A stretch of DNA of 64,000 nt from Candidatus Xenobia bacterium (GCA_045863235.1 BTUM01000029.1:17803-81802); one strand, 5' to 3'; shown: positions 22,011-31,431, numbered from the stretch's first letter. The notes: a model not told the origin generated them from the sequence alone. Numbers and translations: made by a program.

Positions 22011-22787
22011 GTGCTGTTTCGCTCGGAATACCTCAAGCTGGGCAGCGACCTGCCCGGACTGGCCCGCGAGTTCGGCCACCAGCTGACCGACCAGCAGCGC
22101 CAGGACGCGCTGGTGCTGGCTCTGGCCATGGACCGGATCGACGACCGCATCGACTCGTTGCCCACCCGGGAGGAGCGTGAGCAGGTCTACCGCCTGGTGC
22201 TCGACTCGCTGGCCCACGGCCAGCGCGATCTGAGCGCCGAGTCGGAGCCCTTCCGCTTCGCCCTGACGGGAGTTCGCGAGGCAGCCCTGCGGGCTGGAAG
22301 GCTGCCGGAGTTCTGCCAGGTGGTGGAGGATCTCATGCTGCTGGGCGAGTCTGTGCGACAGGTCGAATCCCCCTCTCGTTACGCCGACCTGGCGGTGCGC
22401 GAGGCGGACGTGACCGTGGCCCTGCTCTACCTGATCCTCACTCCGGCCCGTCCCGGGCCACGTTTCCGGCGCTTTCTGCGCCAGAGCGGAGTGGTCGGCA
22501 ATCTCTTCGACAAGCTGGTGGACCTGGGCGAAGATCGGCGCGAGGGGCGCAGCCGGGTGCGCTGGGGGGCCTGGTGGCCGCTCACGCGAATCATCCTGGC
22601 GGCCAGCCTGGAGATCCCCCGCCTGCACCCGCATCCGCTAGCGCTGCTGCGCTGGGGGGCCAGCTACCTGGTCTACGGGCTGCGCTACCAGCTCGGACTC
22701 GAGCCCCGTTTGCGTCCCTACGAGCGCCCTCGGGAACGAGCCCTGGCCTCCCGACCCGCTACGTGCCGCTTTGATCCCAGGGATTGA
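22011..22787 (+). CDS. Possible class I isoprenoid synthase-fold protein
   Basis: Asp-rich 'DRIDDRID' and second motif 'NLFDKLVDLGEDRREGR'. Confidence 0.45.
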   Translation: MLFRSEYLKLGSDLPGLAREFGHQLTDQQRQDALVLALAMDRIDDRIDSLPTREEREQVYRLVLDSLAHGQRDLSAESEPFRFALTGVREAALRAGRLPEFCQVVEDLMLLGESVRQVESPSRYADLAVREADVTVALLYLILTPARPGPRFRRFLRQSGVVGNLFDKLVDLGEDRREGRSRVRWGAWWPLTRIILAASLEIPRLHPHPLALLRWGASYLVYGLRYQLGLEPRLRPYERPRERALASRPATCRFDPRD

Positions 22788-23190
22788 GGACCGACGCGCC
22801 GCTCTGAGCGAAGTGGCGGGCGTTCCGGGTGACCACCGTCAGGCTCGACCGAAGTGCCGTGGAGGCAAGCAGACTGTCGATGACGGGCAGTGGCAATCCC
22901 TGTGACTCGCCTCGGGCTTGCAGCTCACCCCAACCGACAGCGACGGCTGAGTCCACCGCTAAGATGCGCCCCTGAAACTCGGCCGGCAACTCGCTCTCAA
23001 CCCACTCCATCAAGCGCGTTCGCTTGCGGCCGGGCGCGAGTTTGCACACGCCCTTCCACAGCTCTCCAAGAGTAAGAACGCTGAGGAAGAGCTCGCCCGG
23101 GTCCCTGGTATCGAGGAATTCCCGTACCCCCCGGTCGGGCTCGGGACGCAGGGCTTCGGAGAGCACGCAGGTATCCAGAAGATAGCTCAA
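22759..23190 (-). CDS. vapC: Type II TA toxin, VapC/PIN domain (FitB-like)
   Basis: 'YLLDTCVLSE', 'SVLTLGEL..G', 'DSLLASTA', 'VTRN..HF', 'NPW'. Confidence 0.92.
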   Translation of the reverse strand: MSYLLDTCVLSEALRPEPDRGVREFLDTRDPGELFLSVLTLGELWKGVCKLAPGRKRTRLMEWVESELPAEFQGRILAVDSAVAVGWGELQARGESQGLPLPVIDSLLASTALRSSLTVVTRNARHFAQSGASVLNPWDQSGT

Positions 23191-23435
23191 AGCTCGACCT
23201 CCCGGCCCGTGTCCGGGGACCGATCCAGCTCGAGCTCGACACCCACCAGGGGCGAAGCGCGCAAGAACTCCCACATCGAGCGCCGCGGGCGGGTGAGTTG
23301 GCGATACTGCTCGACCGCCACCACCACCACGGCATCGTGGCCTCGCACGGTGATGGTCTGGGGCCCATGCTCCTGGGCCTCGCGGATCACCTCGCTGAGA
23401 CGGTTCTTGGCCTCCTGTAACTGCCACCTGATCAA
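23187..23435 (-). CDS. Type II TA antitoxin, Phd/YefM family
   Basis: 'WQLQEAKNRLSEVI..A...GPQTITVRG'. Confidence 0.9.
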   Translation of the reverse strand: MIRWQLQEAKNRLSEVIREAQEHGPQTITVRGHDAVVVVAVEQYRQLTRPRRSMWEFLRASPLVGVELELDRSPDTGREVEL

Positions 23436-23476
23436 TTGTCGGCCGCTCCTGTCCTCGCTGAAATGACAAAAATCTC

Positions 23477-23498
23477 CTAGACAGTCTAGACAGCTGTC
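23477..23498. promoter_or_regulatory. Overlapping palindromes upstream of the antitoxin, probable autoregulatory operator
   Basis: CTAGAC-A-GTCTAG followed by GACAGCTGTC. Confidence 0.55.
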
Positions 23499-23516
23499 AT
23501 GATATCCAACGAGGGG

Positions 23517-24395
23517 TCAGCGAGTCAAGCGCCACAGTCGGTGGGCCTTGCGGTTGCGAAAATCCACCGGCACCGTGTCCAGCTCTTGACCACGAAACTC
23601 CGGGCTGAGCGTAAAGCGCTGGTGGTTGGTAGAGAACAGCAGCTCGCCCTCGGGCGTCAGTCGCTCCAGGCAGGCGCGGATCAAGATCGGATGATGCTCG
23701 GCCACGTCGAAATGGCCGCTCATCTTCTTGGAGTTGGAGAAGGTGGGCGGGTCGCACACGATCAGATCGAACAGGCCGTGGCCCTCCTCGAGCCAGGCCA
23801 GCACGTCGGCCCGCTCCAGCCGGTTGGACTCGAGGTCCAGGCCGTTGAGGCGAAAGTTGCGCTCGGACCATTCGAGGTACGTGTTGGACAGATCCACCGA
23901 CACGGTAGCTCGCGCCCCGCCGTCGGCCGCGTAGACGCTGAAGCTGCCGGTGTAGCAAAACAAGTTGAGCACGCGCTTGCCAGCCGCCCGCTCGCGCACC
24001 ATCGCTCGCGTGTCGCGGTGGTCGAGAAACAGGCCGCTGTCATGGTAATCGGTCAGGTTGACCAGAAAGCGCAGGTTTCCCTCGCCCACCTCGAACTCGT
24101 GGGCTGGCGAGCCCTCGGCCTGGTACTGCCCCCCCGGCCGGCGGTCCTTGAGGAAGACCTCGGTGGGCTCGAGAGCATCGCGCACCTCTTGCTCCACCCG
24201 CGCCATCCAGGCCGAGCGGTCGTCGGTGTGCTTCTGGGCGCACTGAACCAGGGCCCGCCCCTCGTACCAGTCGACCGTGACCGGTTCTTCGGGGATGTCG
24301 CGATCATAGACGCGAAAGCAACTGACGCCCTCGCGCCGGGCCCACTTGCGCAGGTGGCGGAAGCTCTTGCCCAGGCGGTTGGCGAGCTGGCCCAA
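23517..24395 (-). CDS. SAM-dependent rRNA methyltransferase resembling the C-terminal (RlmK) half of RlmKL
   Basis: 'ANRL.K..RHLRKWA', 'RVYDRDIPE', 'DSGLFLDHR', 'LNLFCYTGSFS', 'DPPTFSNSK'. Confidence 0.85.
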   Translation of the reverse strand: MGQLANRLGKSFRHLRKWARREGVSCFRVYDRDIPEEPVTVDWYEGRALVQCAQKHTDDRSAWMARVEQEVRDALEPTEVFLKDRRPGGQYQAEGSPAHEFEVGEGNLRFLVNLTDYHDSGLFLDHRDTRAMVRERAAGKRVLNLFCYTGSFSVYAADGGARATVSVDLSNTYLEWSERNFRLNGLDLESNRLERADVLAWLEEGHGLFDLIVCDPPTFSNSKKMSGHFDVAEHHPILIRACLERLTPEGELLFSTNHQRFTLSPEFRGQELDTVPVDFRNRKAHRLWRLTR

Positions 24396-24510
24396 CCTGA
24401 GCTACACGTCCCTGTTCAGAATTGCGCCAATTCCTGAGGTCAGGTCGGACTCGAGCTTTCCGCACCTGAGCGGCCCCGCGCTCATTCCTGAAGAGGTCAA
24501 CTCGCGGCGC

Positions 24511-25983
24511 CTAGTTGAGCTGTTTCAGGAGCCCGACGCGGTTATTGAACTCGTCGATCAGCGCGTCCAACTCGTCGAGTCGACCGTGGATTCGGGTCCA
24601 GTAATCCTTCTGATACCACTGAGCCTGGATCTCCTCGTAGGTCTTGCCCTGCTGCTCGACCCAGGTGTAGTACTTCAGGTTGTGGACCCGCTTCTTGCCC
24701 CAGTAGTCGAGCTCTTCCATCTCGTCGGTGCTCAGACCCAGCAGGTAGCGTGCGTGGGTGGCGGCTGCCTGGGCCTCGGTGAGAGGCCCGCGCGACTCGT
24801 TCAACTCGCGCAGGCGGCTGTGATACATCTCCAGCGAGTCGGTGAGCACGGTGATGATCACGTCCTTCTCGCCCATCTCGTACCACTTTGCCATCTTGAT
24901 CGCGGCCGCCAGGTTCCCGATGCACGAGATGCCGAGCCAGGACAGCTTGTCGATGAACGGAGAGGAAAGCCCCTGGCTGGCCAGGTACTTCTGGCCGGCC
25001 GGCTCATTGAGCAGGCGCAAGACCGAGATGGGCCCCTCGTCGTCCACCGCGATGACGAGGTCGGTGTTCTTGACATTGTGAATCCAGGGCACGTGCTTGT
25101 CGCCGATGCCCTCGATGCGGTGCTCGCCGAAGCCATTGCGCAGCAGGGTGGGGCACTGAGTGGCCTCGCTGGCGGCGATCTTGGAGTGAGGCCAGACCTC
25201 CTTGAGGTAGTCACCGGCGGCGATGGTGCCCCCCGAGCCGGTGGCCGACACCAGCCCGCGGAACTCGTCGCCGGGCCGCATGGCGGCGCGCAGCACCTCT
25301 TCCATCGCCCGTCCGGTGATCTCGTAGTGCCAGAGGTAGTTGCCGAACTCTTCGAACTGGTTGAAGATCGACAGGCTCTGGCCGGAGTTGCGCAGCTCCC
25401 AGCACTTGTCAAAGATCTCCTTGACGTTGGACTCGCTGCCGGGAGTCTTGATGATCTCGCCGGCCACCTTCTGGAGCCACTCGAAGCGCTCGGCGCTCAT
25501 ACCCTCGGGCAAGATGGCGATCGACTCGCAGCCGAGCAGGGCCGAGTCGTAAGCACCGCCGCGGCAGTAGTTGCCGGTTGAGGGCCAGACGGCCTTCTGG
25601 CTGGTGGGGTCGAACTGGCCGGTGACCAGCCGCGGAACCAGGCAGCCAAAGGCTGCGCCCACCTTGTGGGCTCCGGTGGGGAACCACTTGCCCACGACGG
25701 CCAGGATGCGCGCCTTGACCCCCGTCAGCTCGGGCGGGAACTCCAGGTAGGTGACCGGGCCGAAGCCGCCCCCCTGAGGAACCGGCTCATTGTGCCAGGT
25801 GATGCGGAACAAATTGATCGGATTGAGGTCCCACAGGCCCACCTCCTTGAGGCGGGCCTTGACGGGCGCCGGCACCAGGCCGGGATCGCGCTGCTGCTTG
25901 AAGGTGGGGATGATGATGTTCTTCTCGCGAGCCCTTTGGACGGCGCGCTGGAGCGGTTCTTCGTGAACGGTGAGGTCGAGCAT
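24511..25983 (-). CDS. PLP-dependent enzyme, fold type II (cysteine synthase/threonine dehydratase superfamily)
   Basis: 'PTGAHKVG' (PLP Lys), 'PSTGNY', 'GSGGT', 'HRIEGIG'. Confidence 0.85.
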   Translation of the reverse strand: MLDLTVHEEPLQRAVQRAREKNIIIPTFKQQRDPGLVPAPVKARLKEVGLWDLNPINLFRITWHNEPVPQGGGFGPVTYLEFPPELTGVKARILAVVGKWFPTGAHKVGAAFGCLVPRLVTGQFDPTSQKAVWPSTGNYCRGGAYDSALLGCESIAILPEGMSAERFEWLQKVAGEIIKTPGSESNVKEIFDKCWELRNSGQSLSIFNQFEEFGNYLWHYEITGRAMEEVLRAAMRPGDEFRGLVSATGSGGTIAAGDYLKEVWPHSKIAASEATQCPTLLRNGFGEHRIEGIGDKHVPWIHNVKNTDLVIAVDDEGPISVLRLLNEPAGQKYLASQGLSSPFIDKLSWLGISCIGNLAAAIKMAKWYEMGEKDVIITVLTDSLEMYHSRLRELNESRGPLTEAQAAATHARYLLGLSTDEMEELDYWGKKRVHNLKYYTWVEQQGKTYEEIQAQWYQKDYWTRIHGRLDELDALIDEFNNRVGLLKQLN

Positions 25984-26045
25984 GGCTGCGCTTTCGACCC
26001 GCCGGGGGGAAAGCCCCTCTCGGAAGAGAAACGCCTCGGCGCACC

Positions 26046-26651
26046 GTGAACTTCCTCTGGAACGGCCCCGCACGGGGTCCCAAGCTGCTGCTGGCCCACG
26101 GCTCGGGAGCGCCGATGGATTCGCCCTTCCTGGATACCATCGCCACCGGTCTGGGCAAACGAGGCTTGCGGGTGGGGCGCTTCGAGTTTCCCTACATGCA
26201 AAAGCGCCGCGAAAGCGGGGGCAAGCGCCCGCCCGACCCGCGCGAGAAGCTGATCGCTTGCTGGCGCGAGGCCGTGGCGGCGGTGAGCGGCCCGGTGGTG
26301 CTGGCCGGAAAGTCGCTGGGAGGGCGTATCGCGAGCTACCTGACCGACGAGGTGGGGGCCCGGGCCCTGGTGGTGCTCGGTTACCCCTACCATCCCCCGG
26401 GACGCCCTGAAACCCTCCGCATCGAGCACCTCGAGCACCTGAAGACTCCCGCCCTCTTCTTGCAGGGCACCCGGGACGTGTTCGGTTCTCCCGAAGAGAT
26501 CGCCGGCTATCCCCTGGCGGCGAGCATCCGCCGCGAATGGATCCCCGACGGCGATCACGCCTTCGTGCCGCGTGCCTCCTCGGGCCGCACCGAGCAGGAG
26601 AACCTGGCCCTGGCGGTGGATCGGGTAGTAGACTTTCTGGACGGGTTGTGA
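26046..26651 (+). CDS. Alpha/beta hydrolase (Tex30/KANL3-like)
   Basis: 'LAHGSGAPMDS', 'GKSLGGR', 'GYPYHPPG', 'QGTRD.FG', 'GDH'. Confidence 0.88.
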   Translation: MNFLWNGPARGPKLLLAHGSGAPMDSPFLDTIATGLGKRGLRVGRFEFPYMQKRRESGGKRPPDPREKLIACWREAVAAVSGPVVLAGKSLGGRIASYLTDEVGARALVVLGYPYHPPGRPETLRIEHLEHLKTPALFLQGTRDVFGSPEEIAGYPLAASIRREWIPDGDHAFVPRASSGRTEQENLALAVDRVVDFLDGL

Positions 26652-26656
26652 TATTC

Positions 26657-26681
26657 TGTAAGTGTCAAACATACACTTACA
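26657..26681. promoter_or_regulatory. Perfect inverted repeat TGTAAGTGT-N7-ACACTTACA, probable transcription-factor site
   Basis: AT-rich IR directly upstream of a GGAGG RBS. Confidence 0.6.
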
Positions 26682-26698
26682 CGGGAGGCGTGAAGACG

Positions 26699-27358
26699 AT
26701 GGGGAACAACCGGTTCCAGCTCTACTCGCTGCTGGCGATGGCGGTGGTCTGTCTGGCCATCATCGGGGTCGCCAAGAGCATGATGAAGCCCCAGACCTAC
26801 CCGGGAGACCGCACCGAAATGCGCGACTGCCGCTGGTGCGGCGGCACCGGTGAAGGGGGCGACGAGCGGGAGATGGCCATGCAGGGCGAGGGGATGCCTC
26901 CTCGCGGCGGCGGGGGCGGAGTGTGTCCTGGCTGCCGGGGCAAGAAGAAGCTCAGCGTGATCGTCCCCGGCCCCAACCACCCGGCCGTAGTGCGCGGCAG
27001 CGTGCGCGACGTCAAAGCGATGGGGGCTGAGGCCACAAGCCCGGAAGCGGCCGCGCTGCTGGCCTTCCACGAAAATCGCAGCCCGGGCCCGGTCAAAGGC
27101 GCGGTGGGGGGAGCGAAGGTCGTGTTCGACAACGGCAGCAAGAAGGTGGAATACACCGTGCCCGCCAACGGCAAGATCAAGACGATGCTGGTCCCGGGGC
27201 ACTACAAGGTGACCGTGACGGCGGAGGGCTTCCAGGATTACCACGATGAGGTCGACGTAGCCGCCCGGCGCGAGCCCATCTGGGACGAGCGCGCCCGGCT
27301 CATCACCGAGGAGTCGGTGGCCGACCAGACCGAGGTACTGTTCCTGCTCAGCCGCTGA
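26699..27358 (+). CDS. Membrane-anchored protein with a DnaJ-type zinc finger and a C-terminal PEGA/carboxypeptidase-regulatory-like beta domain
   Basis: N-terminal TM helix; 'CRWCGGTG' and 'CPGCRGK'; 'PGHYKVTVTAEGF'. Confidence 0.6.
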   Translation: MGNNRFQLYSLLAMAVVCLAIIGVAKSMMKPQTYPGDRTEMRDCRWCGGTGEGGDEREMAMQGEGMPPRGGGGGVCPGCRGKKKLSVIVPGPNHPAVVRGSVRDVKAMGAEATSPEAAALLAFHENRSPGPVKGAVGGAKVVFDNGSKKVEYTVPANGKIKTMLVPGHYKVTVTAEGFQDYHDEVDVAARREPIWDERARLITEESVADQTEVLFLLSR

Positions 27359-27941
27359 ACGGAAAGTGCAGCCCCTGCTTCTCGGCCCGCTCAGCATCGA
27401 GCTCGAAGACCGAGATGGCGTGAATGCAGTCGGAGTTGAAGCCGCACTTGAGGCCCGCCCGCACGGTCTCGAAGGCCAGGCCCGGATAATACAGGGGGCC
27501 GGTCACGAGACTCTGCAGGGCGTGCTGGTTTTCATGGTCCATCACCCGCTGGCTGAGCTTGCGCGAAGCAAAGCCCAGGCAGCCGGGGGTGAAGGCGGTG
27601 GTGTCCTCCAGGAAGGTCTTGCCGATCCAGCGGGCCACCCCGCGCGAGTTCTCATACAGGGCAAAGCCGTACTGCCCGGTACGCCGCTCGCCAGTAGTAC
27701 CCAGCGAGATCAAGAGACTGACCGTATTCTGCACGATAGTGGTTGGGTTCACGCAGGTCACAGCCACCGCCAGGGCCAGGTCTTTCGTCTTGTCGACGGC
27801 GTAGTCGCGGGCTTTCTCGCCCAGCGAGCGGAAGTCGGGCGGGGCGTCCACGCTCCAGTTGCAGTCGACTTCTGGAGCGCTCGCGGGAGCCTGAATGGGC
27901 ATGCGGGAAGGAGCGCAGGCGGAGAGGCTCTGAATCTGCAT
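27348..27941 (-). CDS. Putative zincin-like metallopeptidase (DUF4157-like)
   Basis: 'DHENQHALQ' HExxH and downstream 'FELDA'; leader MQIQSLS... Confidence 0.55.
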   Translation of the reverse strand: MQIQSLSACAPSRMPIQAPASAPEVDCNWSVDAPPDFRSLGEKARDYAVDKTKDLALAVAVTCVNPTTIVQNTVSLLISLGTTGERRTGQYGFALYENSRGVARWIGKTFLEDTTAFTPGCLGFASRKLSQRVMDHENQHALQSLVTGPLYYPGLAFETVRAGLKCGFNSDCIHAISVFELDAERAEKQGLHFPFSG

Positions 27942-27993
27942 CGCCTCATTGTAGTGTTGCCGATCTGCGATGAAGGTTAGCAAGCCGTAAACA

Positions 27994-28845
27994 TCAAGGT
28001 TGGCAGCCCGGGCACCAGTACGTGACCCGAGCCTCGGCCCCCCAGACCCGGCGCTGAATGGGGGCCCGGCAGACCCGGCAGGGCCGCCCGCCCATTTCGT
28101 AGACCCAGTGGGTGGGCCTAGCGCGCTGGGGCTCGCGGCGGCGATCGAAGGTGGTCGTGCGCTCCCAGCCGCCCAGGTTGGCCAGCAGGGCGTCCCGACC
28201 CCGCGCCAGCAAGCTGAGAACCGCCTGCGGACCGATCTCACCCACGGGGGTCCAGGGATTGTAGCCCTCGTGAGGCTCGAAGAAGCGCCCCTGCAGGGCC
28301 CAGTTGGGGTAAGCGCCCAGAAAGCAAAGCTCGCTCTTGTAGACATTGCCCAGCCCCGCAGCCACCCGCTGATCGAGCAGCACCTCGGCCAGAGGCCTGT
28401 CGGGCTGGCTCAAGGCGCGCTGACCCGCCACCTCGAGCGCTGGCTCGGGGCCGAGCAAATCCGGCCCCAACCTGGCGATGGGCAGAAAGATTGGCAGCTC
28501 ACGAGCTTCGAACAGATCGGCGTTCTTGGGAGTGAAGCAGACGAAGACGTGCTCAGGGGTGGAAAGCTGCACGCGAGCATCGCGGGCCGACCCCTTCCAG
28601 CTCTCTTCGGGAGCGTAGCGATGCCAGCTTCCGTTCATTCCAAGGTGGACCCGCAGCATCATCTCGCGCTTGCCCTGCAGCGTGAAGAGGAAGTTCTTCC
28701 CCCTGGTCTCCAGGCTGGTGACCAGGCTTCCCTTCAGCCGCTCCGAGCCGACCACGGTGAGAATGCGAGCTCGCTCGAGCCTTTGCCCGACCAGCAGCGG
28801 TCGCATTGCGGCGGCCACCTTGTAGACCGTGTCTCCTTCCGGCAC
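27994..28845 (-). CDS. Fpg/Nei family DNA glycosylase (endonuclease VIII-like)
   Basis: N-terminal PEG, 'HLGMNGSW', H2TH 'LLDQ..AAGLGNVYKSE', C-terminal zinc finger. Confidence 0.92.
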   Translation of the reverse strand: MPEGDTVYKVAAAMRPLLVGQRLERARILTVVGSERLKGSLVTSLETRGKNFLFTLQGKREMMLRVHLGMNGSWHRYAPEESWKGSARDARVQLSTPEHVFVCFTPKNADLFEARELPIFLPIARLGPDLLGPEPALEVAGQRALSQPDRPLAEVLLDQRVAAGLGNVYKSELCFLGAYPNWALQGRFFEPHEGYNPWTPVGEIGPQAVLSLLARGRDALLANLGGWERTTTFDRRREPQRARPTHWVYEMGGRPCRVCRAPIQRRVWGAEARVTYWCPGCQP

Positions 28846-28996
28846 AGGGAACCAGGCTTCGCCGACCGCGGCGGCAGGCCTTCGCGTCGATCGGGAATGC
28901 GCATGCGCTGGGACTCGTGCGGGAGCAACCCGCCCGCATGAGGCGGCGTTCGACCCACATGCGCAAGAGGTCGTGCGGAGCGGGGAGCGCTCATAA

Positions 28997-29025
28997 GAGA
29001 GGCCCCCGGAAACCGGGGGCCTCTC
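28997..29025. terminator. Stable hairpin downstream of the S8 protease gene
   Basis: GAGAGGCCCCCGG-AAA-CCGGGGGCCTCTC. Confidence 0.7.
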
Positions 29026-29046
29026 AGCCTCAGGAGCTTTGAAGGG

Positions 29047-31305
29047 TTACTTCTGCTCGCTGCTCTTGTCGCCGGCGATGACCATGTTGTCGAGGTAGAA
29101 CCCGTCCGCGGTCTGGCTCGAGTCGGCATTCAGGCGGAAGCGCAGCTGCACGTCCTGGCCGTCGTACTTGGAGATGTCCACCGAGCGGCTGCTCCAGTCG
29201 GAGGAACCGGTGAAGCCAGCCAGGCGCTCCCAGTTCTGCCCGTCCGTCGAGCCTTCCACGTAGACGTTGTCGTAGCGGCGCTCGAGGTCGAACTTGGTGT
29301 CGAAGATGAGCGTGCTGCCCTGGAACTGCTGCAGCGAGATCGGCCGGGTGGTCAACGAGGTGTTGGCCCGATCGGCGTAGTTCCCGCTGGGGCTGTCGGT
29401 CCAGACCTTGCCGCGACCCTCGGCGTCCACCTGGGCCCAGCTATCGGCCGGGATAAAGTTCTCGGCGCCGCCGTCCATGTTGTCCTCGAAGGCCAACTGG
29501 GCGGGAGGCAGGTTCACGCTGCCGGTGCGGATCTCGGAGGCGTTGCCCACGTTGTCGCGCACCTTGAGGGCGTAGTACTTGGTCCGCTCCTGGCCGGAGG
29601 GAACCACCGAGAAGCTGGCCTGCTCCAGAGTGCCCGTGGCGCTGGGCTTGGCCGTGGCAACCAGCTCGGCGTTGGAGAAGGACACCTGGCCTTCGGCCGC
29701 CTCGCCGTCCACGATGGGCTTGTCGGAGACGCGCAGCTCGTAGCTGCCCGCCTGGCCGCACCAGCCGTCGTCGCCGGTGGCGGTCCACTGCAGGGTGGCG
29801 CCGTTGGCGCGGGCCGAGATGGCGCGCAGGTCGTTGGGAGCGGCCGGGGCTACCGAGTCGTTGTCGAGGGCGTTGGCCGCGTTCAGGCGTCCGCCGCTGA
29901 CCACCTTGCCGTCGAGCTGGGACAGCTTGTCCGAGCCGTTCATCAGGCGGGCCTTGATCTCTTCGTTGGTGGCGTTGGGATAGGCGGCGGCGATCAGGCC
30001 GGCCACGCCGGACACGTGCGGAGTGGCCATCGAGGTGCCGCTCATGTCGCCGTAGCTGCCCTTGCTGACCGGCACGGTGGACCAGATGTCCACGCCCGGC
30101 GCGGCGATGTCCACCGAAGTGGCGCCGAAGCAGGAGAAGTCAGCGAGCTGGTCGTTGCGGTCGGTGGCCGCCACGGCCACGTTGTTGGGCAGGTCGTAGC
30201 TGGAGGGGTAGTGCGGGCTGGTGTCGTTGTCCGAGCCCGAGTTGCCCGCGGCCATGATGTGCAGGGCCGGGCTGTTCTTGAAGGCGTCGTAGATGCCCTG
30301 ATTGAACTGGCCGCCGCCCCAGCTGTTGGAGGTGATGCGGGCGCCCATCTGGGTGGCGTAGTTGATGCCGCGAATGATGCTGGCGGCGTCGGTCGAGCCC
30401 TGGTCGGAGAAGATCTTGACCGGCATGATGGTGGCCTGCCAGTTCACGCCCACAACGCCCTGGGCGTTGTTGCCGCTGGCGCCGATGGTGCCCGAGCAGT
30501 GGCTGCCGTGGGAGTGTCCGTCCATGGGGTTGCCGTTGTTGGCCAGGGCGTTGTAGCCGTGCACGTCGTCGATGACGCCGTTGCCGTCGTTGTCGATGCC
30601 GTCGCCCGGAATCTCGCCAGGGTTGGTCCAGATGTTGTCCTTCAGGTCTGGGTGGTTGAAGTCGGCGCCGGTGTCGATCACGGCGATGATGGGGCCACCC
30701 GCGTCGGTGCGCGCGCCGGTGCTGACCGTCCAGGCCTCGGGAGCGTCGATGTCAGCGTCGGCCGTGCCGTTGTCCTGGCCGCTGTTGTTCAGGCCCCAGA
30801 GGCGGGTGTCCAGGTCGTCGGGCAGGTTGACGCCTTCTTTGGGCTGGGAGCCATCCAGCGTGAAGGTGTGGTTGGGCTCGACGTAGGCAACCCGGTCGTC
30901 CTTGGCCATGACGGCCATCGCCTCGGCGGTGGACATCCCGGCCGGCAGCTTGAGCTGTACCAGCTCGCCGTCAGCGTTCTTGAACAGGTTGGGAAGATTG
31001 AACTTGTGCAGGGTGGAGGCGCCATACTCATTGGCGAAGCCGTCCACGTCCATCAGGCCGTTCTCGCCGGCCTTCAGCTTGACCAGCACCTGGCCTTCCA
31101 CGTGAGGTCCGAGCTTGGACTCGAGCGATTTGGCCTCGGAGGCCACCGAGGCCTGCATGGCGGCGAGGTCCTGGCGCGAGGGCAGCGAGCTCGCCTCGAC
31201 GCTGGCGCCGCGGCCGTCGGCCGGGCTCGAAGGGGCGGACGGGGCCGCCGACTGGGGGCGACTGAGTGAGCTCAGTCCGCTCTGGTGGTGGATCTGGGAA
31301 ATCAT
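29047..31305 (-). CDS. Subtilisin-family (S8) serine protease with prodomain, FN3-like and C-terminal beta-sandwich domains
   Basis: Triad 'AVIDTG', 'HGSHCSG', 'GTSMATP'; GGGAGG RBS; S/P/A-rich leader instead of a Sec signal. Confidence 0.93.
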   Translation of the reverse strand: MISQIHHQSGLSSLSRPQSAAPSAPSSPADGRGASVEASSLPSRQDLAAMQASVASEAKSLESKLGPHVEGQVLVKLKAGENGLMDVDGFANEYGASTLHKFNLPNLFKNADGELVQLKLPAGMSTAEAMAVMAKDDRVAYVEPNHTFTLDGSQPKEGVNLPDDLDTRLWGLNNSGQDNGTADADIDAPEAWTVSTGARTDAGGPIIAVIDTGADFNHPDLKDNIWTNPGEIPGDGIDNDGNGVIDDVHGYNALANNGNPMDGHSHGSHCSGTIGASGNNAQGVVGVNWQATIMPVKIFSDQGSTDAASIIRGINYATQMGARITSNSWGGGQFNQGIYDAFKNSPALHIMAAGNSGSDNDTSPHYPSSYDLPNNVAVAATDRNDQLADFSCFGATSVDIAAPGVDIWSTVPVSKGSYGDMSGTSMATPHVSGVAGLIAAAYPNATNEEIKARLMNGSDKLSQLDGKVVSGGRLNAANALDNDSVAPAAPNDLRAISARANGATLQWTATGDDGWCGQAGSYELRVSDKPIVDGEAAEGQVSFSNAELVATAKPSATGTLEQASFSVVPSGQERTKYYALKVRDNVGNASEIRTGSVNLPPAQLAFEDNMDGGAENFIPADSWAQVDAEGRGKVWTDSPSGNYADRANTSLTTRPISLQQFQGSTLIFDTKFDLERRYDNVYVEGSTDGQNWERLAGFTGSSDWSSRSVDISKYDGQDVQLRFRLNADSSQTADGFYLDNMVIAGDKSSEQK

Positions 31306-31431
31306 GGTGGTCCTCCCGACTCTATGTTGTGCCAGCATCCTAAACCGGACGGGCCGGGGGGAAGGTGACCGGGTCGTTAACAGGCCGCCATGGTTTTCAG
31401 GCTTTTTTCAGCCGGTGTCGAAGGCCCGGGC

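Noticed and set aside
24380..24412. tRNA-like 5' sequence GGACGTGTAGCTCAGGTTGG on the minus strand
   Set aside because: The D-stem does not close, no T-loop or acceptor partner follows, and it runs into the methyltransferase CDS.
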